Shown here: piece by piece, positions 53,737 through 62,607 of the stretch
How positions within the stretch are numbered: the first letter of the stretch is position 1
Layout: each line of letters begins with the position of its first letter
Origin: Pelagomonas calceolata
Taxonomy: Eukaryota
Assembly: GCA_918797485.1 (NCBI GenBank)
Contig: CAKKNE010000006.1
Span: 1,550,001 to 1,614,000 of the forward strand
Reading direction: 5' to 3'
Length of the DNA stretch: 64,000 nt
Made by a program: the position numbers and the translations under genes
Notes under the pieces: model-generated
Databases searched by the model: none
Seen by the model: only the letters and a program-made list of their open reading frames with translations
Told to the model about the DNA's origin: nothing

Positions 53737-56418
53737 ATGCTCCGCCTGCTGCTCGCCCTCGCGCTCGCTGCCCCGGCCGCGGGCCAGGCGCCCAAGTCCA
53801 CCGCGACGAAAGACTGCCAGTCGACGGTGGTCACCAGCCCCGCGGGCGACAATGGCTGCAACTACGGCGCCTGCAAGTCCCTCACGGGCGGTACCCTTAC
53901 CTGCGCGTATGATAGTTCGTTTTGCGGCAGCACCGAGGACTGGCTCACCGCCCAAGATGTCATCGACGCGGGAGAAGAATGTACGTGCGAGCACATCCTA
54001 AATTACCCCAACAACATCGGTACGTGCTCGTCGTCCGGCGTCTACAGTCCCATGGCATTAGCCAGCGATTGCAGCGGCGGCACCGCGGTCTGCGAGGCCG
54101 AACCCGGCGGCCACTACATGATGGGCGACATTCAGAGTGGCGTGAAGCAGTTCACTTCCTGCGACCTGAAGTGTGATGCCTCAAAGGACCACAGGTACGA
54201 CGTGCCCACCGACACCTACCAAGACTGCGAGTTCTACCAGGCGCAGTGGGCAACGCTCGGGCAGGCGCCGACGGGCCGCATGTACCCGCGGCGCATGGTC
54301 ATGATGGACGACATGGCCGTCGTCGGGGGCTATGTCAAGTCGACATCAATGGAGAGTGACTATGAGGAAAATATGAAAGATAGGAATGGGTACGACTTTG
54401 AAATTCGCGGGCCGTTCTCGCGGTCCGACCCTGACGCGTCGGAGGGCACGTCCGTCCACGAGGACCTCAAGGCCTACAGCCCCCCCGGGCGCAGCTGGGA
54501 CGAGTACGAAATGGGTTTTGTCAAGGTCGACACGACCACGGGCGTGCCCCAGGACATCATCCACTTCGGTGGCCATGGTGAGGATGGTCTCTGGGGCATC
54601 CACGCAAACTCTGACAACACGAAGATTGTGGCTTCGGGGTATTTCATCGGAAATCTAACCCTAGATGGGCTACCGACAATATACACCGTTAATGGTGGTA
54701 TGAACAACGCCGCAGGATTAGGTATGGACGGCTGGGTGGCAACATTCGACGCCAATCTGGTGCCAGGCTGGTTAACTCGCTGGCCTGAGTCGGGGGTCGG
54801 GTCAACGGATAGCTCGCGCTGCATGGACGTTGACTTTGACTCTTCTGATCATATCTACGGTGTCGGCTACCAGTGCAGCACGGACTCGTGCGTCGGGGTC
54901 ATGTCAAAGATGGCAGCGGCGGACGGCTCACAGGTGTGGGAGAAGGTTTTCACCGACGCGCAGCACTTCGAGCGCGTTTCCACCTCGAACGACGACTCGG
55001 ATGATTTCTTCGTCCGGGGCAAGCTCTTTACCACAACCGGCGAGCCCACGGCGGAGAACCCGACGCCCTTTGGCGTGGCTTGCGCGGCGGATGACTGTGG
55101 TGTCATCGCGCGTATGTCCAGCGATGGCGCTGTCATCTGGGCTCGGACGATCGAGGGCGCCGACTGGAGCATGAGATACTTTTCGGGTGAGATTGAACTC
55201 GACGCCACCGGCGCACCCTACATCTACGTGGCTATGAAGGACGCAGCGCAAACTGGCGTCGTCTCCCTGGACTCGGGCACGCCCTACGCCGGCTGCAAGG
55301 ACGACACGACCGGCGTGGTGATGCCGGCCTACGAAGTCAGCACGGCCAAGATGGTGACCGCCTCGGACTGCCCGTCGGGCTCGACGTTCGTCGACACCGA
55401 CTCCGCCGACGCCGTCTGGGCTGCCTCGGCGAACACGGGCGTGCATTGCGCGCGCCACTCAGATGACGGTTGCGTGATGAAGTACCACGCGTACACCGGC
55501 CTGCCGATCTGGGCGTCGACGTTCGGGGGTCTTGATGCCATCGTCACGATGGCGGACGGCAGCTTACACGCCATCGGAGATGGCCGTGGGGTGCAGTTCG
55601 ACTCGGTCTATACGCCGGATACGACCACCTCCTGGACCTGGCACGCGGAGCTCGACGCCACGACGGGCAAGGGCAAGTCTGTCAAGGCATTTGGCAGCGC
55701 GACCGGGTCCGGTTCTACCGTCTGCTACGACGCTGCCTCAACGCCTGGCGGCGACCTGATCATCGCCGGTTACTCGGCGGCGACATCTATTTATTTTGAC
55801 GAGAGCTTCACGTTAACTTACCCCGAGGAGAACCAAGAGACACAATTCATGCTAATGAAAGTGGAAACGTCCGGCACCAAAGCTACGCCGTCGTGCATCT
55901 CCACGTGCACGAACGACAGGTCGACGACGGTCATCGAGGCCGGCTTCTGCTATATCGATGGTCTCTGCTACGCTGACGGGGTCACCGGCGAATCTCTCGG
56001 CCGCAGCTGCAAGGTCTGCGACCCCTCTAAGTCGCAGACGTCGTGGAGCGACGGTCCCACCCTCGGTGTCACAGAGTGCTTTATTGACGGCAATTGCGTG
56101 CAGGCCGCTGAATTTGATTACTTTACTGATCGGGGGGGACGGGCGACGGGATGTGTATATTGCGATGTATACTCAGAATGCCGTGCCTGCGACCCTGCCC
56201 AGTCGATTACGGAATGGACGGTTAACGATGGCTACACGGCTACCGGTGAAGCAATGCCGAACGACTGCCTAGCAGATGACACGACGACGGACACGACTGA
56301 CTCGGGCGACTCGCCGGACAGGACGACGGCTGCGAGCGGCGGCACGCTCTCGGAGTCGGACGGCGCGCAGGCGCTTGTTGCCGGCGCTCTGGCCCCGCTC
56401 GCCGCGCTCCTTCTCTAA
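53737..56418 (+). CDS. Secreted Cys-rich, probable beta-propeller surface protein with GPI-anchor-like C-terminus
   Basis: Signal peptide and propeller-like repeats (IVASGYF, IYGVGY, LIIAGY). Two CxIDGxC..CxxCDP..SxTxW modules, a Thr-rich stalk and the tail SDGAQALVAGALAPLAALLL. Confidence 0.8.
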   Translation: MLRLLLALALAAPAAGQAPKSTATKDCQSTVVTSPAGDNGCNYGACKSLTGGTLTCAYDSSFCGSTEDWLTAQDVIDAGEECTCEHILNYPNNIGTCSSSGVYSPMALASDCSGGTAVCEAEPGGHYMMGDIQSGVKQFTSCDLKCDASKDHRYDVPTDTYQDCEFYQAQWATLGQAPTGRMYPRRMVMMDDMAVVGGYVKSTSMESDYEENMKDRNGYDFEIRGPFSRSDPDASEGTSVHEDLKAYSPPGRSWDEYEMGFVKVDTTTGVPQDIIHFGGHGEDGLWGIHANSDNTKIVASGYFIGNLTLDGLPTIYTVNGGMNNAAGLGMDGWVATFDANLVPGWLTRWPESGVGSTDSSRCMDVDFDSSDHIYGVGYQCSTDSCVGVMSKMAAADGSQVWEKVFTDAQHFERVSTSNDDSDDFFVRGKLFTTTGEPTAENPTPFGVACAADDCGVIARMSSDGAVIWARTIEGADWSMRYFSGEIELDATGAPYIYVAMKDAAQTGVVSLDSGTPYAGCKDDTTGVVMPAYEVSTAKMVTASDCPSGSTFVDTDSADAVWAASANTGVHCARHSDDGCVMKYHAYTGLPIWASTFGGLDAIVTMADGSLHAIGDGRGVQFDSVYTPDTTTSWTWHAELDATTGKGKSVKAFGSATGSGSTVCYDAASTPGGDLIIAGYSAATSIYFDESFTLTYPEENQETQFMLMKVETSGTKATPSCISTCTNDRSTTVIEAGFCYIDGLCYADGVTGESLGRSCKVCDPSKSQTSWSDGPTLGVTECFIDGNCVQAAEFDYFTDRGGRATGCVYCDVYSECRACDPAQSITEWTVNDGYTATGEAMPNDCLADDTTTDTTDSGDSPDRTTAASGGTLSESDGAQALVAGALAPLAALLL

Positions 56419-56711
56419 GTTGGCGGACCGCGACATCGACATCGAAATCGACACATCGTACCCCTCCCGAAGTTCCCCGCGATCGACGTCCGACCAAGCC
56501 AAGTCAAGTCCCAGGACGTTGAGCCGCCTCAGGCCCCCGCCAACTCCCACCGCTCTGGTCTCCGCCGAAGACCACCAAGTAAGGAGCACCCCTGGTGCTG
56601 TCGCGTTTAGACCACGCCTCTCGAGCCGCTGACACGTCTAGGTAGCGCCGTAAATTCGGGTTTACCCTAATTTCTCGGCGCGGAGGAGTCGTGGTCTATA
56701 CTCGACAGCCC

Positions 56712-56780
56712 CTGGTGGGCGTGAACATAGTTCTACTAGTAGCATCTATTCTAGCCTACTTCTAGTAGTATCATCAGGGC
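56712..56780 (+). repeat. Dispersed repeat B (right copy, with CTAG-rich insertion)
   Basis: ctggtgggcgtgaacata at 56712-56729 and gtagtatcatcagggc at 56765-56780. Confidence 0.75.
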
Positions 56781-56851
56781 GTAGAAATCGAAGGTACTCC
56801 CGAGTCGGGGCTAAGAAGATAATTAGACATATACGCGGGCGGCCTTGGCGT

Positions 56852-58057
56852 TCAGCGCTTCCCTAGCGCCCCCCCGAAGTACGGCGACGCCGCGAGCGCG
56901 TCCACGGCGCCGGCGTCCTCGAGCGCGTGGAGCTTCACCATCAGATCCGTGCCGCGGCCCAGCGCCTCGGCGCACGACCCGATCTCCTGCGCCGCCTGCA
57001 TCGCGCCGCCGGCGAAGCCCATGACCTTCTGGTACTTCTCCGCGTCGGCCCCCAGGAAACGGCGCTCGACGAAGCACGTGGACGTGACCACGTACGACGC
57101 GAGCACGGCGAGCTGGCTGGCGTCGACCGCGCGCTCGAACGCGAGTTGCGCGTCGCCCAGGGCCACGGCCGTGGCGCGGAGGTGCGCGTCGTCGGGCGGC
57201 TCGCCCGCCCCCGTTGTCGCGGCGGCGGCCCACGCCGCGCGCGCGGCGTCGTCGTCGGCCTGGCGCGCGTCGCGCGCCGCCGCGAGCGCCGCCGCGACCG
57301 CGCCGACGACCTGCCCCAGCAGCGCCTCGTGCGCGACGAAGTACACCGCCTGGAACGGCGACGCGCGCAGCGCGCCGGCCGCGCCCACGACGCCGAAGGT
57401 TCCCTCGACCACCACGCGCGGCGCCGCGTCGACGACGAGGAGCTTCGGGCCCGCGGCGAGCTGCGCGTCGTCGGCGCCCTCGGCCCCGCCGGCCTTCTGC
57501 CGCGCGGCGAGCCACCGCGCGCGCCCGCGCCGCTCCAGCGCCGCGCCGAGCCGGCCCGCGACGAGGCCCTTGACCGCCTCCGCGAGCAGGTGGACCGCCT
57601 TGATGCCGAAGATCGCCGCGACGTGGCGCAGCGCGTCGTCGAGCCCGACCTGGCCCGGCAGCGCCACGAGCTGCTGCACCTGGCTCGCGAGCGCGACGCG
57701 CTCGACGGCCGTCGCGACGAACGTCGCGAGGCACAGGCTCAGGAACGACGCCCAGTGCGCCAGCGCCTCGCGCAGCGCGTCGCGCCACGCGCGGTTCCGC
57801 GCGGCGAGGGCCGCCGCCTGGACCGCCGCCTCGGCCGCCGCCGCCTCCGCGGCGGGCTCGTCCGCGATTGCGGCCTCGCAGCGCGCCGGCGCCGCGCCGG
57901 GGCGGTGCACCGCGGCCCAGCCGAGGCCCAGGCCCGCCGCCGCGCCCGCCAGCACGCGCGGCGCGCGCGCGCGCTGCCGGGCCGCCGACGACGCGGCGCG
58001 CGCTGCGACGCGGGGCGCACCGCGTCGCGCGCACGTCTGCGCTGCTCTGGCAAGCAT
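56852..58057 (-). CDS. Putative mitochondrial membrane protein, possibly a degenerate ABC-transmembrane-like domain without NBD
   Basis: Arg/Ala presequence, GAAAGLGLGW and an ARCE motif, followed by several hydrophobic helices. Confidence 0.6.
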   Translation of the reverse strand: MLARAAQTCARRGAPRVAARAASSAARQRARAPRVLAGAAAGLGLGWAAVHRPGAAPARCEAAIADEPAAEAAAAEAAVQAAALAARNRAWRDALREALAHWASFLSLCLATFVATAVERVALASQVQQLVALPGQVGLDDALRHVAAIFGIKAVHLLAEAVKGLVAGRLGAALERRGRARWLAARQKAGGAEGADDAQLAAGPKLLVVDAAPRVVVEGTFGVVGAAGALRASPFQAVYFVAHEALLGQVVGAVAAALAAARDARQADDDAARAAWAAAATTGAGEPPDDAHLRATAVALGDAQLAFERAVDASQLAVLASYVVTSTCFVERRFLGADAEKYQKVMGFAGGAMQAAQEIGSCAEALGRGTDLMVKLHALEDAGAVDALAASPYFGGALGKR

Positions 58058-58207
58058 GGGTCTCTTGGCCTCGGTGCACCCTCCTCTACGGCGCTGCTGC
58101 TCCCGCGGCGTCGTGTGCAACCACTGCCGCGGTGCAACCACCAAAAGGGTCAGCGAGAGGCTGCAAACTCTCGTACCGATACTATTACTAGTACTACCTG
58201 GTATATC

Positions 58208-58267
58208 GGTACCGTAGGTACCTACGGTACCTACCGTAGGTACGGTACCTGCGGTACCGTAGGTACC
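58208..58267. repeat. GGTACC-based palindromic array
   Basis: Perfect 24-bp palindrome ggtaccgtaggtacctacggtacc at 58208-58231. The 14-mer gtaccgtaggtacc recurs at 58254 and 62415. Confidence 0.85.
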
Positions 58268-58360
58268 GCGGGTAGACCAGCAGGAGTAACATATCCCGTC
58301 GAGGAGGTGTTTTCCAAGGACTTTGAAAGAAAGACACAAATATAGTAAAAACCGACTCGC

Positions 58361-59029
58361 TCACCGCGCGGCCGCGGGGACGTGTCGCGCGACGATGACG
58401 GCGAGTACAACGAGCACGATGAGGAGGAGCAGGAAGCACAGGAAATAGGCGCAGCACCGGTGCTTCTGCACGCGGCGCCGGACGGCTCTCTCCAGCTGAC
58501 GGTGCCCGCTCGTCGTCCGGTCGTGCGAGCGCGACACGAGGTCCTCGATCTCGTCGACGTCCTCCTGCTGCGCGCCGACGAGCGAGGCGATGTCGCGGTA
58601 GATCATGTTCACGGTCGAGACCTGGGCCGCGAGGCGCTCGATCTCCTCGGCGCGCTCGCGCTCGAGCTGCGCCGAGTACGCGTCCTCGGCGTCGATCTGC
58701 AGCTGGACCTGGCGGGGGCCGGCCGCGCCCGCCGCGCCGGGCGGGGCCCCTTCGCCGGGCGGGGCGTCGGCGCGCTCGAGGCGCTCGAGGGCCCGCAGCG
58801 CCGCCCGTAGGTCGCGCCGGGCCTGCTCGTCCAGCGCGTCCGGGGCCGCGGCCGCCCGGTCCGCCAGGGCGCGCGCGGCCGCGACCGCGTCGGCCCGCGC
58901 CGCGGCCGGAGCGCCCGTCGCCGCGGCCACCGCGCGCCGCAGGTCGTCTATCAGCTGCGGCGCGTCGTCGTCGTCGGGTTTAGTACTCGGCAAAAGGCTC
59001 CTGCCCTGTTCGGCGGCGTCCCACTCCAT
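58361..59029 (-). CDS. Syntaxin-family Qa-SNARE (STX7/12/Pep12-like)
   Basis: SNARE helix ERAEEIERLAAQVSTVNMIYRDIASLVGAQQEDVDEIE, then a Cys-containing C-terminal TM helix. Confidence 0.85.
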   Translation of the reverse strand: MEWDAAEQGRSLLPSTKPDDDDAPQLIDDLRRAVAAATGAPAAARADAVAAARALADRAAAAPDALDEQARRDLRAALRALERLERADAPPGEGAPPGAAGAAGPRQVQLQIDAEDAYSAQLERERAEEIERLAAQVSTVNMIYRDIASLVGAQQEDVDEIEDLVSRSHDRTTSGHRQLERAVRRRVQKHRCCAYFLCFLLLLIVLVVLAVIVARHVPAAAR

Positions 59030-59450
59030 TTTGCCCGACTAGCTTAGTGATCTTCTATCTGTTTGTACCTTAGGTGATTCTTGTAAAATATTTTTTTTGT
59101 TGCAAAAAAAGGTGGTCAGGCCGCTCCACAGAGCGGCTAACCCTATGCGCCTGGGCTAGCTGCGAGACCAAGACGCCCGGCGCGGCAGCGGCGCAGCGTC
59201 TAAGCAATCGGAGGAAGCGTAAGTTCCAAAACCCGCCACTCGGCTAGGACAGCAAGGACCTCGGCCCCCGGCAGGACGGGATTGCGCTTTAAGTAGCCTC
59301 ATTCGAGCATAAGGATAATCAGTTATTGGTCGATCACCCAAAAAGACGCTTGTCAATATCCATTTAGACACTTTACGAGCTCCTGTATACGGCTTGCCCG
59401 CACCCGCCGGCGGGGCAGATGACAAAAAAAGTTGGTGCGAGACTAGAACG

Positions 59451-60162
59451 ATGGCGAATCGAAGACACGTTGCCGCGCTGCTCGTCCATTTCGCCCTCTG
59501 TTACGCGGGATGGGCGTCGGGCAAGGCGCCAGGCCTCCGCGCCACAGACGACGCGATACGAGAGACAACGATAGGCACCGTGTTGCTGGCGGTTCTGCTT
59601 TGCGCGATAGCCCATCGCTCCTACGTTGGCATCCTGGCGATCGGCTGCACGCTCTTCAAGCATCTCGCCTGGGTCCTCTTGCACACGGACGTTGGCATAA
59701 CAGACACGCACATCTTCTGGGGCACCCTAGTGCTCCCGCTCGTCGGCGCGTTCCGCCCAGCGTCATCCCGGGCCACAATGGCGTTTGGCTTCGAACTCAG
59801 ATGTATTGCCGCATAGGTACCATAGATGTCCCTATATTCTATTCGCCGGCGTCTATTCTTTCGGCACGAAGGTGATTGATAAGAACCACCACGCCGTCAA
59901 GGAGGTGATCCGGACGGGCCGACCGTGCTGCACGCGTGCCGAGTTCGAAGCGGCGAAGCTCGTCATATGCGTCGGTGTGTACCTCTCCGTCGTCCTCGCC
60001 TACGTTTTTTCTTTGCGCGTCCGGCGCGGCCCGCTCGTGGTCACGTGGGCCTGCGGCGGCGCCTGCGGGCATCTCCACCCGCGGCGTGCGAGGTATAGGC
60101 CCGTCGCCTACGAGTCCGACGAGGAAGGGACTGCGTCCGCGGAGAAATCTAGGCCGATTTAG
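59451..60162 (+). CDS. Multi-pass membrane protein of unknown function, two exons
   Basis: Hydrophobic ORFs 59451.. and ..60162 lie in different frames. Either intron 59750-59816 (GT-AG) or intron 59746-59800 (GC-AG) restores the frame. Confidence 0.55.
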
Positions 60163-60263
60163 TAATAATAGGAGAAGGCCTCTAGAGGCTTGGTGTATGT
60201 CCTTTCCTTTAGGATATTCCTTCCTTAATTATTTATTTTTACAAGTATTTAATACTCAGGCTC

Positions 60264-60342
60264 AGGCTAGTTACGTCGCAGGGTCCCCGTACCCCTCCCG
60301 CTCCCCCCGGGCCCACCCGTCCGGCTGGACTAGGACGCAAGG
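60264..60342 (+). repeat. Dispersed repeat A (longer copy)
   Basis: Matches 28472-28525 apart from an extra ~26-bp internal segment. Confidence 0.9.
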
Positions 60343-60476
60343 GCTGAGTCGCAGGGACTCGCACGCCCCCCTCTTTGGGACGCCCCCCGTCAGGATGTGG
60401 AACTGGCCGTCTACTAGTATACCTATCCGCTAGCCCGAGGCTCCCTTATAAGTTGTAAGCAGAGCGTCTCTCGCGG

Positions 60477-61319
60477 ATGGCGTCGACACCCAGCCCCCTG
60501 AGTGACCCGCGGTACCGCGCCGGCGTTCGGCTGCGGCGCGGCGGCCGCTTCGAGGCCGCGGCCAATTTGTTAGCCGAGGTGCTGACCCTGGCCACCGAGG
60601 GCGCTCCCGACGAAAGGCAGCTCGACCCCGCGCTCGCGCCGCTCTACTACGAGTACGGCGTCGCGCTCGTGGGCGTCGCGCGCGAGGCCGCGGCGGCCGA
60701 GGAGGACGCCGAGGCCGCGCCGTCGCCGAAGCGGCGGCGCCTGGCCGGCGAGGCGGGCGGCGAGGAGGACGCCGACGCCGACGACGAGGAAAACGCGGAC
60801 GACGCGGCGGTCGCGTGGCAGCTCGTGGACCAGGCGCGGTGCCTCTTCCTCGAGGCGGGGGACCGCGCCGCGGCGGCGCGCTGCGCCGAGCAGCTCGCGG
60901 GCCTCGCCGTGGACCAGCGCAAGTGGGCCGACGCCGTCGCCGAGTTCTCGCTCGGCGTCGAGTTCTACGACGCGGCCGCAGATTTGGATATCGAGGACCG
61001 CGTGCACCACCTCAGCTGCGTCGCCGGCCTCGCCGCCGCGCTCGGCGCGCACTTCGCCGAATCGCCGGCCGCCGACGTCGCGGTCAACGTCGACGGGCGC
61101 CCCGAGGTCGTCGTGGCGGCGGCCGAGGTCGCCGACCGGTGCGCGGCGCACGCGCGCGACGCCGAGCGGGGCCTGAACGCGCTCCTCGGCGAGCTCGCGG
61201 CGGCGCGCGCGACGCTCGACGCCGCGCGGAAGCGCGACCTCTGCGCGCTCGCCGTAGAGGTGAGCCACGCCAAGGAGGTCGCCACCGGCCTCGCGGCGCC
61301 GGCGCCCGCGCCGGGGTGA
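60477..61319 (+). CDS. NASP/Sim3/Hif1-like TPR histone chaperone (divergent)
   Basis: FEAAANLLAEVL, LAPLYYEYGVAL, an acidic insertion with the NLS PKRRR, and AWQLVDQARCLF. Confidence 0.7.
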   Translation: MASTPSPLSDPRYRAGVRLRRGGRFEAAANLLAEVLTLATEGAPDERQLDPALAPLYYEYGVALVGVAREAAAAEEDAEAAPSPKRRRLAGEAGGEEDADADDEENADDAAVAWQLVDQARCLFLEAGDRAAAARCAEQLAGLAVDQRKWADAVAEFSLGVEFYDAAADLDIEDRVHHLSCVAGLAAALGAHFAESPAADVAVNVDGRPEVVVAAAEVADRCAAHARDAERGLNALLGELAAARATLDAARKRDLCALAVEVSHAKEVATGLAAPAPAPG

Positions 61320-61598
61320 CGCCTCGTCCTTACCGTCGCTCGATACGTGAATTACTAATGTGTTCTAGCCATAAAGACTGTGACGCACAGCCTGGGCATG
61401 ACAAGCGACGGGGTAGATCTGATTTTCGGCATTTTTACATCCGAGTCAGATCGGATGCTCACGGGAACCCGTTCGCTTACAACCCAATGAAATATACTAG
61501 TAGACATCACCAGACTCCAGAATCGACCGCGACTTCAGGACCACTGCCGCAGCACTTTGCACGGATTTTTTGTCGTATTATATATGAGTTCGAGTAGA

Positions 61599-61712
61599 GA
61601 GTTCGAGTTCCGGCGTTTTTTACATCGTTAGGCGAACGGGGGTTTCCCCGGGCCCGTGAGCAGCGTCCGTTCTGATCATGATGTTAAAAAAACACCGCCG
61701 AACTTTAAACTC
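61599..61712. repeat. ~115-bp foldback/MITE-like element with a degenerate inverted partial copy at 61425-61480
   Basis: The ends gagttcgagttccggcgttttttacatc and gatgttaaaaaaacaccgccgaactttaaactc are imperfect inverted repeats. The interior (tcagaWcgga, tgctcacggg, cccgttcgc) recurs inverted ~150 bp upstream. Confidence 0.6.
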
Positions 61713-61729
61713 ATGTAGTAGAAGCTTAC

Positions 61730-62329
61730 TCAGGCGAGCCACCCGCCCCGCGGCACGGTCCGCGTGACGGGCTTGGAGTTAATGACGCCCTTCGGATCGG
61801 GCCTCGGGAGGGGACTGCGCAGCGCGTAGGCGCCCTCGACTCGCCAACCGTACATGGCGCCGCGTCCGTTCCAGTCGTATTCCGACCCGGCCGGAATGCG
61901 GTGCTTATCTTCGTCCGCGCGCCACTGTGCAAGCGACGTGTAGCGCACCGACTCGCTCGAAAATTTAATACAGCCGGTGATGTGCGCCCGCTGGCCCCGC
62001 TGCCGCTTTTTGCCCGGCGTCTCGACAACCCAGAACCACTCATTAGCAAAGCATTTTTGTTTGTCGATGTCATAAGTTCGCGTTTCGATCACTTTTGAGC
62101 CGTCGAGCAGCATCGGCGCCCAGGGGCGCTGCACGTTCAGCCCCCGCAGCGTAGCCCGGGTCGGCCGCAGCTGTACGTCGCCGCGAGTCCACGACGGCGG
62201 GCCCGCGGCGGTGGCTTTGCTCTTCTTCGATGGCGGTCCTTTGCCGCGCTTGCGAGTTGTTTGCTGTGGGAGCGCGGGGGGCTGTGATTGCTCAAGCGAT
62301 GCCTTGATTGCAAGGCGGAGACTAGCCAT
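61730..62329 (-). CDS. ASCH/PUA-domain protein with N-terminal UIM-like motif
   Basis: GLNVQRPWAPMLLDGSKVIETRTY matches the ASCH GxKxxExR motif. Also HITGCIKF and YGWRV. N-terminal LRLAIKASLEQ and a basic linker. Confidence 0.8.
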   Translation of the reverse strand: MASLRLAIKASLEQSQPPALPQQTTRKRGKGPPSKKSKATAAGPPSWTRGDVQLRPTRATLRGLNVQRPWAPMLLDGSKVIETRTYDIDKQKCFANEWFWVVETPGKKRQRGQRAHITGCIKFSSESVRYTSLAQWRADEDKHRIPAGSEYDWNGRGAMYGWRVEGAYALRSPLPRPDPKGVINSKPVTRTVPRGGWLA

Positions 62330-62607
62330 AATATGTGCTGCGTGCGCGATGTGAGATAAGGGGGCGATCAAGCAGGCGAATCCACAGGCGAATCCACAGC
62401 AAGTTGTGTTGTAAGTACCGTAGGTACCACCATGTATCCTTTTTTTATATATCTGTCTTACCAAAGGCGGCGGTGGTGCGAACAGAACGCGCTCGTACCC
62501 GGGGCAGCGCCGGCGGAGGAGTTCCTCGTGGTAGCCCACAGCGCGCCCTTACGTTTACCGCGGCAGCAAGGGTGGTAAGCAAAGAACACAGCGAAGTCCT
62601 GTCGACG

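Noticed and set aside
56658..56670. gggtttaccctaa, telomere-like
   Set aside because: It is a single unit with no array.
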